From Squalus acanthias (lineage: Eukaryota), in the NCBI GenBank assembly GCA_030390025.1, contig CM059431.1:131690001-131754000 (forward strand): a stretch of DNA of 64,000 nt. Reading direction: 5' to 3'. A program made the position numbers and the translations under genes. How positions within the stretch are numbered: the first letter of the stretch is position 1; each line of letters begins with the position of its first letter. Under the pieces are notes generated by a model. That model had not been told where the DNA came from, did not search any database, and saw only the letters and a program-made list of their open reading frames with translations. Below are positions 37,101 through 51,191 of the stretch, one piece after another.

Positions 37101-37627
37101 AGTGTTTCGAACCCTCAGTTTCACTATTAGTGTGTCGAACCCTCAGTTTCACAATTAGTGTGTTGAGCCCTCAGTTTCACTATTAGTGTGTCGAGCCCTC
37201 AGTTTCACAGTTAGTGTGTCGAGCCCTCAGTTTCACAGTTAGTGTGTCGAGCCCTCAGTTTCACAGTTAGTGTGTCGAGCCCTCAGTTTCACTATTAGTG
37301 TGTCGAGCCCTCAGTTTCACTATTAGTGTGTCGAGCCCTCAGTTTCACTATTAGTGTGTCGAACCCTCAGTTTCACAGTTAGTGTGTCGAGCCCTCAGTT
37401 TCACAGTTAGTGTGTCGAGCCCTCAGTTTCACAGTTAGTGTTTCGAGCCCTCAGTTTCACAATTAGTGTGTTGAGCCCTCAGTTTCACTGTTAGTGTGTC
37501 GAGCCCTCAGTTGCACAGTTAGTGTTTCGAGCCCTCAGTTTCACAGTTAGTGTTTCGAGCCCTCAGTTTCACAGTTAGTGTTTCGAGCCCTCAGTTTCAC
37601 AGTTAGTGTGTCAAGCGCTCAGTTTCA
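34105..37627. repeat. 28-bp minisatellite, ~126 units, consensus AGTGTGTCGARCCCTCAGTTTCAC(AG/TA)TT
   Basis: Constant 28-bp period (e.g. units start at 34161 and 34189). Confidence 0.98.
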
Positions 37628-38833
37628 GAATTAGCCAATGAGTGGTAGAGATGGGAGTTTTGTTGTGAGCATGTCTGCACACACGAAGGGATGGGAAATC
37701 GAAGTGTACCTGGACTGCTCTCCTGTTATGGAGCAGTGTTGGCAGATGGTTGGGAGAAGATTGCCTGCCTGTGTCTCCACAAAAAAACAAGTCCAAGAAT
37801 TTCTGGGCTGCTTTTCCAAGTGGCCAGTTGAAATGGGCAAAGAGGCGTCTTCAGAGGGAAACTTTGATCAGTTAGCAGTATAATTGTCACGGGATACTCC
37901 AAGGATATTTATTAATACTGGAGAAAGCCAGGAGATCCAGTTATTTTTATGGTGTTTACATATCTCCTTTTTCTGCACCCATTGCTAATTCTTTCCAACC
38001 TCTCAATCCTTTATGAAGATTTTGTTTGCTCGATGATCTGTCAGTACATACAGAGCTCCCATCCTAGTCTTTCTGCAGCTTTGCACCAATTAAATGATCT
38101 CATTTGATAGGTGGATATGCACAATCTCATACTATTTGTTACTATTAGCCATTGGTAATTTTCCACAGCAGTGGTGAAGAGGGGAAGGACAGTGACTGTT
38201 TTTCCTTTGAAAAGTGTGTTTTATTTCCTTTTCTAAAATGTGTACTCAGACATATTCTTAAGTGTTTAACTGAGGCCAGTTGTCGTTATTTCGGCAGGCA
38301 GCAATGAGATATAAGCACTTAAGTGGGCAGCACATCTTGAAGTCAGTCTGCCCTCTCAGAGATTTCAGACAGAAATCCAAAGGCCAAAAGGCTCCAGGGA
38401 ACACTCGGAGCACTTAGCGGAGATACCTGTGAATTACATTAGGAGATCTCTCTCTACAGTGCTTACAACTAAGGATGGGTGAACAACATGGATTTCACAC
38501 ATACATTTAACACATAAACCTGTAAAATGCATATTGATGGTAAATCCAAATTAACCTTGGTACAGAAATTATGGGATACGAAAGTGCACTTAGAAACTGT
38601 CATAAATCCAACCTGCTGTAGCTTTTTAAAGAGCTGCAGTGGTCTGAAAAAAAAATCCATCAGCATTGTTTCTGTTTTTATTCTTAAAAAAAGTCAGTTA
38701 GAATGGTTGCATGAAAATTTCATGTATCTACCAAAACAAGTATTGTCCAATTAAAATTGGTATTTTATACTAATTTTATCCAGGATTCTTATTATGTGTG
38801 ACATCAGTAGAAATAAATTATGACTTGTTTTAT

Positions 38834-39524
38834 GGGCGAGAATTTTAACTCCAAAACACGGATGGGTTGGGGTCAGGTGGGAGGTTAAAGTTTTGAAAAC
38901 CTGAATCCCGATCCCAACCCGCCTCCCACCCGCCCACTTTTGGTTTTAACGGAAGCGGGACGGGGGAGGACAGCCAATCCACTCCCAGGAGGTGGGTTGG
39001 CACTTCAAATATTATAATGAGGTGGGAAGCCTCGGATTTATCCTGCTGTGCAGGTTTAACTGTGGCTGGCCGGGGATTCTAGGCCTCGGGATTCCTGGCA
39101 GCTGCAGCGAGGCGAGGACAGCCTTGGGGAGCACTCCTTGTGGGCCGGGAGGAGCAGGAACGCTTCCTCCCGGCCCCTCAAGCTTCCCCACCATCAGACC
39201 CCGCCTCCCCCTGTCGGTGAATGCAGCCCCCCTCAGATTGGAACCCCCCCCCGCCACCCCTGGGGTCAGGGATTGGACACCACCCCCCCCAACCCCTGCG
39301 CTTGGGGCTCACACCTACCGGGGGCTGCAGTCTCTTCTCTAGCGTTTCCGCCCCCCAGACCGTGAGCCAGCCTGTCGATCAGGCTGACTTCCGGGGTGTG
39401 GTGGGGGGGGGGAACCTGCCCGTGACGTCACATTCACGCTGTAGAGTTAAAACACTGCAGCGTGCTTCCCACGTTCTACTGGGTCCCCCCGCTCCCGGCG
39501 GTCTAAACATCAAAATTCCAGCCC
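38834..39524. mobile_element. Harbinger-type non-autonomous element
   Basis: Ends GGGCGAGAATTTT / AAAATTCCAGCCC. Confidence 0.65.
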
Positions 39525-41149
39525 TTGGTGCCTGACAAGCATCAACAAGGGCACTGGCAGAGTGGCAGTGGTGGAAGTACAAATGCTGTCATCCTGAGAG
39601 AGGACAGCAGGTTCGTCCTCCACGGAGCCACTGCCACTCCCCCGGGACGGCACCTCAGCAATCCTAGTACTCTGTTGGAGGACAGATTGCTGGTCTGCTG
39701 TGACACCCTGGAAGCCCCTTTGAACACTGGTATCCAGAGCCATGATGGCAGCAGTCTGAGCTTGCACTGCAGCACTCAGACATTGGGTGGCTGCCGCTTG
39801 TGCTGTAATGGAAGCTGAGACATCGGCCATCAGACGCTGCATCATGGTTGGGTCCAGAAGTGTGCTAATGGAGTTGGCCATCACTTCCATGCTGGAAAGG
39901 ATAGGCTCCAAGCTCTGCGCAAAGCCAAATTGATGCCGGACTCCTCCATGCTCCTTGACATTGAACGCAGGCTTTGTGGTAGGCTTCCCAATGCACCAAG
40001 CATTTCATTGTGTATACCCATCAGCCTTCTTCTGTAGCCTGCCCCATTGAAATCCTCATCCGTGTCCACTGCAGCAGAACTCATGTGCGACCTCGCCCTC
40101 AGTCGATCTGGCACCTCCACTATCCTTGGCCCCTGCCCTGGCTGCAGGCCACTCGTGCCTGGTGTCTCACCATATGCAGTTCCCGCCTCTAAGCTATCCT
40201 CTAAATTACGCACAGTGTCAGTATCTGAGCTTGTGGCTGCGAGTGTGAAATTGAGTGACGGTGTTTCTTCTTCATCACTGTCTTGTTGCTCTTCCACCTG
40301 TTGCTCTTCCACCACTGGTTGGCCAGGTGGCAGTTCTTGGGTATCTGAAAGGAGAAAGGCACAAGGGTAAGGTTGTGGTGAGGGGACAGGGGGGAAGCCA
40401 GAGGTGCATGCTTACACCATCTGCAGCTTGTAAATCAGAAGAGATTGTGTGATGGTGGGGAGGTGCGATGTGAGAAGGAGAATTAGGTATGAGAATACCG
40501 TCATTTTCCATGGTTTTAGCCCTGCCACTGGCCACGGCCTCAGCAATGGCCTTCCTGGGGGTGTGGTGCATTGAGCAGTTGCTGAGGCTAGTGTTGCAGT
40601 TGGTGGGATATGGCATTTGAAGATGCATTCACTGATCTTGCCCACTCGTGAGGTCATTGAATTTTTAGCGGCACTGCATTCAGGCCCTCGGGGCTTGACT
40701 CCTGGCATTGGCCGCCATGGCTATCTGCTCCCACTGCCTTCTGAGCGTTTGTCTGAAGGGCCTCCTGGACCCCTGTGGATAGAGCACTTCTCTCCTCCTT
40801 TCCACCTCCTCCACCAAGGCCTCCAGTGCAGTGTTGGTAAACCTTGGAGACCGCTGTCTCCAATGTTGTGCCATTATTGAGTGTTTCCCAGGTCAAAATC
40901 AGTTGTAGAACAACTTGCAGCACTAGCTCCAGCCACAATGCACCTCCCCTTTAAGAGATGCTAGCCTCTCACAATTTTGGGCCTCCTGCTGACGCTTGCA
41001 GCCAATGAACAGCGCGATTAGCACTGGCTGCACGCTACAATCATGGAAATGAGCAAGCAGCACGATGTTGCATCACATTGAAGTGGTGCCGGATAATCGC
41101 ACATCACAATCCCCGCGCCCGTTTTTGGGGGCTATCGAATTTAGCCCCC
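39525..41149 (-). mobile_element. PIF/Harbinger remnant with an intron-containing Myb/SANT-like gene (pseudogenised; start ~40874)
   Basis: PRFTNTALEALVEEVERRREVLY..RRQWEQIA..FNDL (Myb/SANT-like); acidic and coiled-coil downstream segments; acceptor CTCCTTTCAG near 40345; terminus AATTTAGCCCCC. Confidence 0.8.
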
Positions 41150-42271
41150 TATATGTCTAGTGATGTATCAGGGTAAGTGTGGCCACCTGGAGCTTGCTTC
41201 ATTGTTTTACAGTATCAGGGAGGAATTTTGCAACTGTTTCCTGAAATTGGCCACGGTTTGTTTTCCCCTTTGTTTTTTTGCTTCCCTCATATGTTAGTAT
41301 CACTGGCAGTAAGGTAGGTTAATGCAGTACACTCGGTTGCTTAATGGATAGAATGAGCATTGATCAGCATGATGGGCTTTGCGCACTCTCCTCATATGTA
41401 AATGATACTGGCCATATTACTGGCAATGCCACTCTTATACATTTTCAATTTCCCCTAAAGAATAGTATCCAGTAGGGATAAAAGTTTACAAAACTATGGC
41501 GCAACAAGAGTTAAATGGAGCGCCTCTCTTTTTCCCACTCCAGTACCATCCCACAGCGATTTTCGTGCCGGGCGGTTGAGATGTCCATCTGTTAGGTGGG
41601 CACCTCATTAGTATATGATAAGCAGACTCCTATTGCTCAGATAGGTCACAGAGGCAATTTTAAATGGCCACTGGCTGGAGTGACTACCATGGCCACTCCG
41701 ACCAGTGAAACCTGCTGGACTCCCAGGCGGAGGCCCCAGAAGACAAGTACAGAACTTTTCCTTGTGATACAAGTAGTAGTGCTCCTCCAGGCCCCACGAG
41801 GAAGCTCTGGACATCTGTGGCTCTGGGGTTCCCTCCTCACCCACAGTAGCCTGCCGAATCCACACCCCCTGCCCCCTGTAACCTAAGTGCTACGGGTGGC
41901 GTCTGGGCTGCCCAATCTTCGCCTGCCTGCAGCCAGTCAGCGGCCTCGGTACCCTGTTTCGGGCAGGCAGCTGACTGGCTGAATTTTAATTTTGGCTGTT
42001 GAAATTGGCTGGTCTCCCATGGAGACAACTGGGTGGAAGTTCTGCAGTTCCCCCTAGCTATCCATCCATGAGTTAAAATCCACACTATTTTCTTTATACT
42101 TTAAGCGTAAATAGAACAGGTTAGCATTGAGAACATAAGATAAGTTGAGTACAAAAGAAAATGCCTTTATCCATACATACAAACAAGAGCAAGGAATGTG
42201 TGAAATGACCGCGAGGCTCATTAATGCGTGTTTCCATCCACTAGATGGTGCAACCTCATATGCAGACATTC

Positions 42272-45200
42272 TAACCGGGCTTCACTTGAACCATGCTGGG
42301 ACCAGTGTCCTGGCGAATCGAATAACTAGGGCTGTAGATAGGGCTTTAAACTAAATAGTGGGGGGGGGAGGGGTCAAGTGAGGGGAAATTTAGTAAGTTA
42401 AAGAGAAAGGACAAGGCAATAGTGCAGGGTAGTGATAGGGGTAATGATGATAGGAAGGAACAGAGCGTACAAACATCAGAGTACACCAGAAAATAGGGCC
42501 AGAGTAGGGAGAAATGTTAAAAAGACAAAATTGAAGGCTCTTTATCTGAATGCACGCAGCATTCGTAACAAGATAGATGAATTGACGGCACTAATAGAAA
42601 TAAATGGGTATGATCTGATAGCCATTACAGAAACGTGGTTGCAAGGTGACCAAGGCTGGGAACTGAATATTCAGGGGTATTTGACATTTCAGAAGGATAG
42701 GCAGAAAGGAAAAGGGGGTGGGGTAGCTCTGTTAATAAAGGATGGGATCAGTACAGTAGTGAGAAATGATCTTGGCTCGGAAGATCAAGATTTAGAATCA
42801 GTTTGGGTGGAAATAAGAAATAGTAAGGGAAAGAAGTACTTGTGGGAGTAGTCTATAGGCCCCCTAATAGTAGCTACACTGTAGGGCAAAGTATAAATCA
42901 AGAAATAATGGGGGCTTGTAAGAAAGGTACTGCAATAATCATGGGCGATTTTAATCTTCATATCGATTGGACAAATCAAATTGGCAAAGGTAGCCTTGAG
43001 GACGAATTCATAGAGTGTATTCGGGACGGTTTCTTAGAACAATACATTGTGGAACCTACCAGGGAACAGGCTATTTTGGATCTGGTAATGTGTAATGAGA
43101 CAGGGTTAATTAATGATCTCATAGTAAAGGATCCTCTGGGGAAGAGTGATCATAACATGATAGAATTTCACATACAGTTTGAGGATGAGAAACGTGGGTC
43201 TGAAACTAGTGTCTTAAACTCAAATAAAGACAATTACAAAGGTATGAAGACAGAGTTGGCTAAAGTGGACTGGGAAAATAGATTAAATGGTAAGACGGTA
43301 GATAAGCAGTGGCAGACATTTAAGGAGATATTTCATAACTCTCAACAAAGATATATTCCAGTAAGAAAGAACGACTACACGAGAAGGATGAACCATCCGT
43401 GGCTAACAAAGGAAGTTAAGGATGGTGTCAAATTGGAAAAAAAAGGCATCCAATGTTGCGAAGATTAGTGGTAGGCCAGAAGGATGACTAAAAAAATTAT
43501 AAAGAGGGAGAAAATAGATTATGAGAGTAAACTAGCAAGAAATGTAAAAACAGACAGTAAGAGCTTCTAAAAGTATATAAAAAGGAAGAGAGTAACTAAA
43601 GTAAACGTCGGCCCCTTAGAGGATGAGACTGGGGAATTAATAATGGGAAACAAGGAAATGGCATGGTCTTTGAACAAATATTTTGTATCTGTCTTCACGG
43701 TAGAAGACACTAAAAGCATCCCAATAGTAATAGATAATCAAGGGGTTATAGAGAGGGAGAAATCACTATCACTAGAGAACATGTACTAGGCAAACTAATG
43801 GGACGAAAGGCTGACAAGTCCCCTGGACTTGGTGGCCTGCATCCTAAGGTCTTAAAAGAAGTGGCTGCAGAGATAGTGGATGCATTGGTTGTAATCTTCC
43901 AAAATTCCCTGGATTCTGGAAAGGTCCCAGCGGACTGGAAACCCGCAAATGTAACGCCCCTATTCAAGAAAGGAGGGAGACAGAAAGCAGGAAACTATAG
44001 GTCGGTTAGCTTAACATCTGTCAATGGGAAAATACTGGAATCCATTATTAAGGGAGTAGTAGCAGACATTTAGAAAATCATAATACAATCAAGCAGAGTC
44101 AACATGGTTTTATGAAAGGGAAATCGTGCTTGACAAATTTATTAGAGTTCTTTGAGGATGTAACGAGCAGGGTGGATTGAGGGGAACCAGTAGATGTAGT
44201 GTATTTGGATTTCCAAAAGGCATTCAATAAGGTGCCACATAAAGGTTACTGCACAAGATAAGAGCTCACGGTGTTGGGGGTAATATATTAGCATGGATAG
44301 AGGATTGGCTAACTAACAGAAAACAGAGAGTCAGGATAAATGGGTCATTTTCAGGTTGGCAAACTGTAACTAGTGGGGTGCCACAGGGATCAGTGCTGTG
44401 GCCTCCACTATTTACAATCTATATTAATGACTTGGATGAAGGGACCGAGTGTATTGTAGCCAAATTTGCTGACGGTGCAAAGATAGGTGGGAAAGCAAGT
44501 TGTGAGGAGTACACAAAGGGTCTGCAAAGGGATATAGACAGGTTAAGTGAGTGGGCAGAATTTGGCAGATGGAGTACAATGTGGGAAAATGTGAGGTTAT
44601 CCACTTTGGTCAGAAAAATAGAAAAGCAAAATATTATTTAAATGGAGAGCGACTACAGAATGCTGCGGTACAGAGGGATCCGGGGATCCTCGTACATGAA
44701 ACACAAAAGGTTAGCATGCAGGTACAGCAAGTAATTAGGAAGGCAAATGGAATGTTGGCCTTTATTGCTTGGGGGATCGAGTATAAAAGTAGGGAAGTCT
44801 TGCTACAACTGTACAGGGCGTTGGTGAGACCACATCTGGAGTACTGCGTACAGTTTTGGTCTCCTTATTTAAGGAGGGATATACTTGCATTGGAGGCTGT
44901 TCAGAGAAGGTTCACTAGGCTCATTCCTGAGATGAATGGGTTGTCTTATGGGGAAAGGTTGAGCAGGATGGGCCTATACTCATTAGAGTTTAGAAGAATG
45001 AGAGGTGATCTTATTGAAACATATAAGATTCTGAGGGGGCTTGACAGGGTAGATGCTGAGGGGATGTTTCCCCTCGTGGGGGAATCTAGAACTAGGGGGC
45101 ATAGTTTCAGAATAAGGGGTCGCCCATTTAAGACGGAGATGAGGAGGAATTTCTTTTCTCAGAGGGTCGTGAATCTATGGAATTCTCTACCCCAGAGAAC

Positions 45201-45403
45201 TGTGGAGGCTAGGACATTGAATATATTCAAGGAGGAGATAGACAGATATTTGAGCTACAGGGAAGTCAAGGGTTATGGGGAAAAGGCAGGAAAGTGGAGT
45301 TGAGGCCAAGATCAGATCAGCCATGATCTTATTGTATGGCGGAGCAGGCTCGAGGGGCCGAATGGACTACTGCTGCTCCTATTTCTTATGTTCTTATGTT
45401 CTT
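42272..45403 (+). mobile_element. Long CR1 LINE: ORF1 esterase C-terminus and disrupted APE-RT ORF2
   Basis: GLHLNHAGTSVLA; LYLNARSIRNK, IAITETWL, YRPPNS, MGDFN, SDHN; RT motifs; (TTCTTATG)n tail. Confidence 0.96.
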
Positions 45404-45579
45404 AATGCTAACTCGTAGGGGAGGTAGAAGATGGAGAGGAAAAGAATCTGTGATCAGGAAAACCCTGGGAAATTCTTCCCTGATTCTATTAGATCCAAGA
45501 GAACATAATTGCCCATGATGCTTTATTAGTTGAACTTAACTAACCCAGACACTCGCTATTTGCTGCAATCTTGCAATGG

Positions 45580-47323
45580 TGTTGTGTGTCACTCCCACCT
45601 TGCTAAATGGGATAGCTTCAGAACAGATCTGGCAGCTCAAAACTGGGGATCCATGAGGCGCTGTGGGCCATCATCAGCAGCAGAATTGTATTGCACGACA
45701 ATCTTTAACCTCATGGCCCGGCATGTCCCTCACTCCACCATTACCATCAAGCCAGGCGACCAACCCTGGTTCAATGAGGAGTGTAGAAAAACATGCCAGG
45801 AGCAGCACCAGGCATACCTGAAAATGAGGTGCCAACCTGGTGAAGCCACAACACAGAACTGCATGCATGCTAAACAGCGGAAGCAGCATGCTATAGACAG
45901 AGCTAAGCGATTCTACAACCATCGGATCAGATCAAAGCTCTGCAGTCCTGTCACATCTAGTCATGAATGGTAGTGGACAATTAAACAACTACAGAAGAAG
46001 GAGGCTCCGTGAGCATCCCATCCTCAACGTTGGCAGAGCCCAGCAAGTGAGCACAAAAGACAATCCTGAAGCGTTTGCAACCACCTTCAGCCAGAAGTGG
46101 CGAGTGGATGATCCATCTCGGCCTCCTCCTGATGTCCACACCATCACAGATACCAGACTTCAGCCAATTCGATTCAGGCCACGTGATAGCAAGAAGCAGC
46201 AGAGCATACTACATACACCAAAGGTTTTGGGCCCCGACAACATCCCAGCTGTCGTGCTGAAGACCTGTGCTCCAGAACAACACTAGCATCTACCCGGCAA
46301 AGTGGAAAATTGCCTAGGTATATACTCTCCACAAAAAGCAGGACAAAACCAATCCGGCCAATAACCAAAAAGAAAGAAAGACTTGCATTTATATGACACC
46401 AGGATAACTCCCTTGCTCTTCTTTGAAATAGTGCCATGGAATCTTTTACGTCCACCTGAGAGAGCAGACGGGACCTCGGTTTAACGCCTCATCTGAAAGA
46501 TGGCACCTCCGGCAGTGCAGCACGCCCTCAGTACTGCACTGGAATGTCAGCCTAGATTTTTTGCACAAGTCTCTGGAGTGGGATTCTGAACCCACAACCT
46601 TCTGACTCAGAGGTGAAAGTGCTACCAACTGAGCCACAGCTGCCACATCAAACAAAGCACCCCATCGGCTTACTCTCAGTCATCAGCAAAGTGATGGAAG
46701 GAGTCATCAACAGGGCTATCAAGCGGCATTTACTCACCAATAACCTGCTCACCGATGCTCAGTTTAGGTTCCGCCAGGACCATTCAATTCCAGACCTCAT
46801 TACAGCCTTGGTCAAACATGGGCACATGAGCTGAATTCCAGAAGTGAGGTGAGAGTGACTGCCTTTGACATCAAGCCAATATTTAGTGTGGCATCAAGGA
46901 GCCCAAGTAAAATTAAAGTTAATCGGAATCAGGGGGAAAACTCTCCACTGCGTAGAGTCATACCTAGCACAAAGGAAGATGGTTGTAGTTGTTAGAGGCC
47001 AATCATTTCAGCCCCAGGACATCGCTGCAGTAGTTCCTCAGGGCTGTGTCCTAGGCTGCTTCATCAGTGACCTTCCCTCCATCATAGGGTCACAAGTGGG
47101 ATGTTCGCTGATGATTGCACAGTGTTCAGCTCCATTCGCAATTCCTCAGGTAATGAAGCACTCCGTGCCCGCATGCAGCAAGACTTCATCAACATCCGAC
47201 TTGGGCTGATAATTGGCAAGTTACATTTGTGTCACACAGGTGCCAGGCAATAGCCATCTCCTACAAGAGAGCGTCTAACCACTTGCCTTTGACATTCAAT
47301 GGCATTACCATTGCCGAATCCCC
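45580..47323 (+). mobile_element. LINE-A internal fragment, interrupted by a DeuSINE
   Basis: AKWDSFRTDLAAQNW..KPGDQPWFNEECR, LLTDAQFRFRQDH. Confidence 0.88.
46368..46645 (-). mobile_element. DeuSINE (internally deleted)
   Basis: Head GCTGTGGCTCAGTTGGTAGCAC, Deu core, tail ATATAAATGCAAGTCTTTC. Confidence 0.85.
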
Positions 47324-48946
47324 TACCAATGGAGCAAGGGAATTTTAGATTTTGAAAACATTGTGTGCTTAAAGGAGTGCTGTGCTCTACAGGAATGTAA
47401 TTGGGGGGAGGGGGGGGTAAAGTTAGTAAAACAGTGATTGGTCTGCCAATAATCTGTTGTTTGTTTTTTAGATGAAGCTCCCTTTAAGGTAATTTTATTC
47501 TCGTGCTTTTTCTTCTTTACCATGCACTTTGATCAGCCACATAAATAGCAGAGTTGTCTGCTCCCGAGCCACCAATTGCATTCAGAAACAGGGCTGCTAG
47601 AAGCTGCACTAGAGGACACCATGGGGACTTTTCCTTCAATGTTTCCTTCCTTTCCCTGCAGAAGGGCCTTGTCTTTGCTCTGCACCTCCCCAGAGTAGAA
47701 GAGCTGGGATCAGGATCTCAGCTGTGAGGAAGATTGCAGCATAAAGCTGGATCCAACCATTCAGTAGTGTAGTGAATTGGTGGCTCCAGTCTGGCTAGCT
47801 AGCAGACATTCTCGTTAATGGAGTAGGTTGCATGACGGTGTATGGCTTGTAGTACACTCCAGTAAATTATACTCGAGCAATCCATGTGAATGTTAGTCCT
47901 ATTGATAAGATTACCATGCAATTTTAATTTGCTTTCCTTTACTTGACAATAATGGCACTAATAAGGCTAAATCATTTTTCTGATGGTGTGAACAATGGCA
48001 GTGTGACTCAATGTAAAAGGTGTGAGCTAGGGTGATTAGTGAGCAGAGCTCAACTACTACACTGTTACACACAAGTGACAAATACTCATAGAAATTGGTC
48101 CCTTCAGCAGGGAAGGATACTACTAAGTGGAGACAGTGGAGCATTTGTTTTAGAAGCAATATTGTCATTTGCTATTGTTCTAGGTTCCAACTCTTACGAT
48201 GCTTGTCTCCCCCTCACCACCATCAAGCAGCAAAGCAGTGAGTGTGATGACTTTGGTTCGTTCTATGTTGCACTCCTATGGAAGGTGAGGGCTGAGACAT
48301 CAATCTCATTCTAAGATAAGTCACTTTCATGTTGCAGTTTTATAACAGAGAAAGCCTGTGGCCTTTTTTCCTCCATTGGTAAGAAATAATGCATAGAGGT
48401 GAATATTGCTGAAATGAAGAGACAAAAATGGAAAATGAAAAAAACAGTTAAACCAACATAAAATGTTGGCATTTTGTCTGTTTAAGACCCTTGGTGACAA
48501 AGCACTGCCATACTCTATAACATATTACTATTGCAAAGCTATAACTCTCCAGTGCACTGCTTTCATATTTCACAGTGACATGCAATTTATTTTCATCTAT
48601 CATTCATGTGTGCTCTTTTTGTCATACAGCAGACATGACCGTTGACACAGAGTAGCTGTGTACCAGAACTAATGGGGCTCCACTAACAATGAAATGGAAA
48701 CAGGGCTCTTGGAAGAGGTCTGTATTATAAATGCCACAGAAGGTTGGTTCAAGAAAATGTCCTGATTTCAATGTGTGGAATGAGTACATTGGACTGTAAA
48801 CAGCTTTATGAGTATCTTGTGGATAAGAAACTGTTTAAAACCAGATGTTGAAATAGAACGTTTATTTGCTGTTAGATGATCAGATATAATCAGTACACCC
48901 TTATCTTAAGTCAAACCATATGCAAGAGTGTATAGAACAATGTTAT

Positions 48947-49075
48947 GGGTTAACGTTTCAGGTATAACCTTTTATCAGAACAGTTCTGATGTAGGGCCGG
49001 ATCTGAAGAATTAACCTAGATTTCTTTTTCAGATGCCGACTAAGCAGCGGCTGTGCATTTCCATCATTCTGGGTT
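48947..49075. mobile_element. Decayed Penelope terminal fragment with back-to-back degenerate hammerhead motifs
   Basis: GGTTAACGTTTCAGG..TATCAGAAC followed by AGTTCTGATGTAGG..GAAGAATTAACC. Confidence 0.55.
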
Positions 49076-49283
49076 TTCTTTTAATATTTAACTGGAATAG
49101 AATAAAGATTATACTTTTCATTTTCACTTGAGTGGTTCATTACAGGCAAATAGACCTGTAACAAACAAGGGAAATTTCTACATTCTCTTTCGTACAGTTC
49201 AGAATATAAATGGAAACTATCTTTCCTCACAAAACACAAAATGAAGGTGCGATAAGAATTATCCATGGGACCAGTATCGGTTG

Positions 49284-51191
49284 ATTTTTTAAAAATTCGT
49301 TTTATGGGATCTGGGCGTCGCTGGCAAGGCCAGCATTTATTGCCCACCCCTAGTTGCCCTTGAGAAGGTGGTGGTGAGCCGCCTTCTTGAACCGCTACAG
49401 TCCGTGTGGTGATGGTACTCTCACAGTGCTGTTAGGTCGGGAGTTCCAGGATTTTGACCCAGCGACAATGAAGGATCGGCGATATACTTCTAATTCAGGA
49501 TGGTGTGTGACTTGGATGGGAACTTGGAGGTGGTGGTGTTCCCATCCGCCTGCTGCCCCTGTCCTTCTAGGTGGAAGAGGTCGCGGGTTTGGGAGGTGCT
49601 GCCGAAGAAGCCTTGGCGAGTTGCTGCAGTGCATCTTGTAGATGGTACACACTGCAGCCACGGTACGCTGGTGGTGGAGGGAGTGACTGTTTAAGGCGGT
49701 GGATGGGGTGCCAATCCAGCGGGCTGCTTTGTCCTGGATGATGTCGAGCTTCTTGAGTGTTGTTAGAGCTGCACTCATCCAAGCAAGTGGAGAGTATTCC
49801 ATCACACTCCTTACTTGTGCCTTGTAGATGGTAGAAAGGCTTTGGGGAGTCAGGAGGTAAGACACTCACCACAGAATACCTAGCCTCTGACCTGCTCTTG
49901 CTGCCACAGTATTTATGTGGCTGGTCCAGTTAAGTTTCTGGTTAATCGTGACCCCCAGGATGTTGTTAGTGGGGGATTTGGCGATGGTAATGCCATTGAA
50001 TGTCAATGGGAGGTGGTTAGACTCTCGCTTGTTGGAGATAGTCATTGCCTGGCACTTCTGTGGCGCGAATGTTACCTGCCACTTATCAGCCCAAGACTGA
50101 ACGTCGTCCAGGTCTTGTTGCATGCAGGCATGGACTCCTTCATTATCTGAGGAGTTGTGAATGGCGCTGAACACTGTGCAGTCATCAGCGAATATCCTCA
50201 TTTCTGACCTTATGTTGGAGGGAAGGTCATTGATGAAGCAGCTGAAGATGGTTGAGCCTAGGACACTGCCCTGAGGAACTCCTGCAGCGATGTCCTAGAG
50301 CTGTGATGATTGACCTTCAACCACCACAACCATCTTCCTTTGTGCTAGGTATGACTCCAGCCAGTGGAGCGTTTTCCCCCTGATTCCCATTGACTTCAGT
50401 TTTACTAGGGCTCCTTGATGCCAGACTCGGTCAAATGCTGCCTTGATGTCAAGGGCAGTCACTCTCACCTCACCTCTGGAATTCAGCTCCTTTGTCCATG
50501 TTTGGACCAAGGCTGTAATGAGGTCGGGAGCCAAGTGATCTTGGTGGAACCCAAACTGGGCATCAGTGAGCAGGTTATTGGTGAGTAAGTGCCACTTGAT
50601 AGCACTGTCGATGACACCTTCCATCACTTTGCTGATGATTGAGAGTAGACTGATGGGGCGGTAATTGGCCGGGTTGGATTTGTCCTGCTTTTTGTGGACA
50701 GGACATACCTGGGCAGTTTTGCACATTGTCAGATAGATGCCAGTGTTATAGCTCTACTGGAACAGAGGCGTGGTTAGTTCTGGAGCACAAGTCTTCAGCA
50801 CGATAGCCGGGATGTTGTCGGGGCCCACAGCCTTTGCTGTATCCAGTGCGCTCAGCCGTTTCTTGATATCATGTGGAGTGAATCGAATTGGCTGAAGACT
50901 GGCGTCCATGATGGTGGGGACCTCAGGAGGAAGCCGAGATGGATCATCCACTCGGCACTTCTGGCTGAAGTTGTTTGTAAACGCTTCAGCCTTGTCTTTT
51001 GTGCCCACGTGCTGGGCTCCACCATCATTGAGGATGGGGATATTCATGGAGCCTCCTCCTCCCGTTAGTTGTTTAATGGTCCACCACCATTCACAACTGG
51101 ATGTGGCAGGACTGCAGAGCTTTGATCTGATCCGTTGATTGTGGGATCGCTTAACCCTGTCTTTAGCATGCTGCTTCCGCTTTTTAGCATA
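49284..51191 (-). mobile_element. 5'-truncated LINE-A (RT to 3' end), relatively well preserved
   Basis: PANYRPISLLSIISKVMEG, QFGFHQ, ALDIKAAFDRVWH, FADD, YKAQVRSVMEY. Confidence 0.93.

Noticed and set aside
34105..37627. CRISPR array (28-bp repeats)
   Set aside because: Units are head-to-tail with no unique spacers, there are no cas genes, and the context is vertebrate.
34105..37627. Array of V(D)J RSS (CACAGTT) or tRNA B-box motifs
   Set aside because: The heptamer is imperfect with no nonamer at 12/23 spacing, no V/J segments are present, and there is no A box.
47630..47830. Coding exon after a strong polypyrimidine-CAG acceptor (~47660)
   Set aside because: All three frames stop within ~85 nt and no recognisable peptide results.
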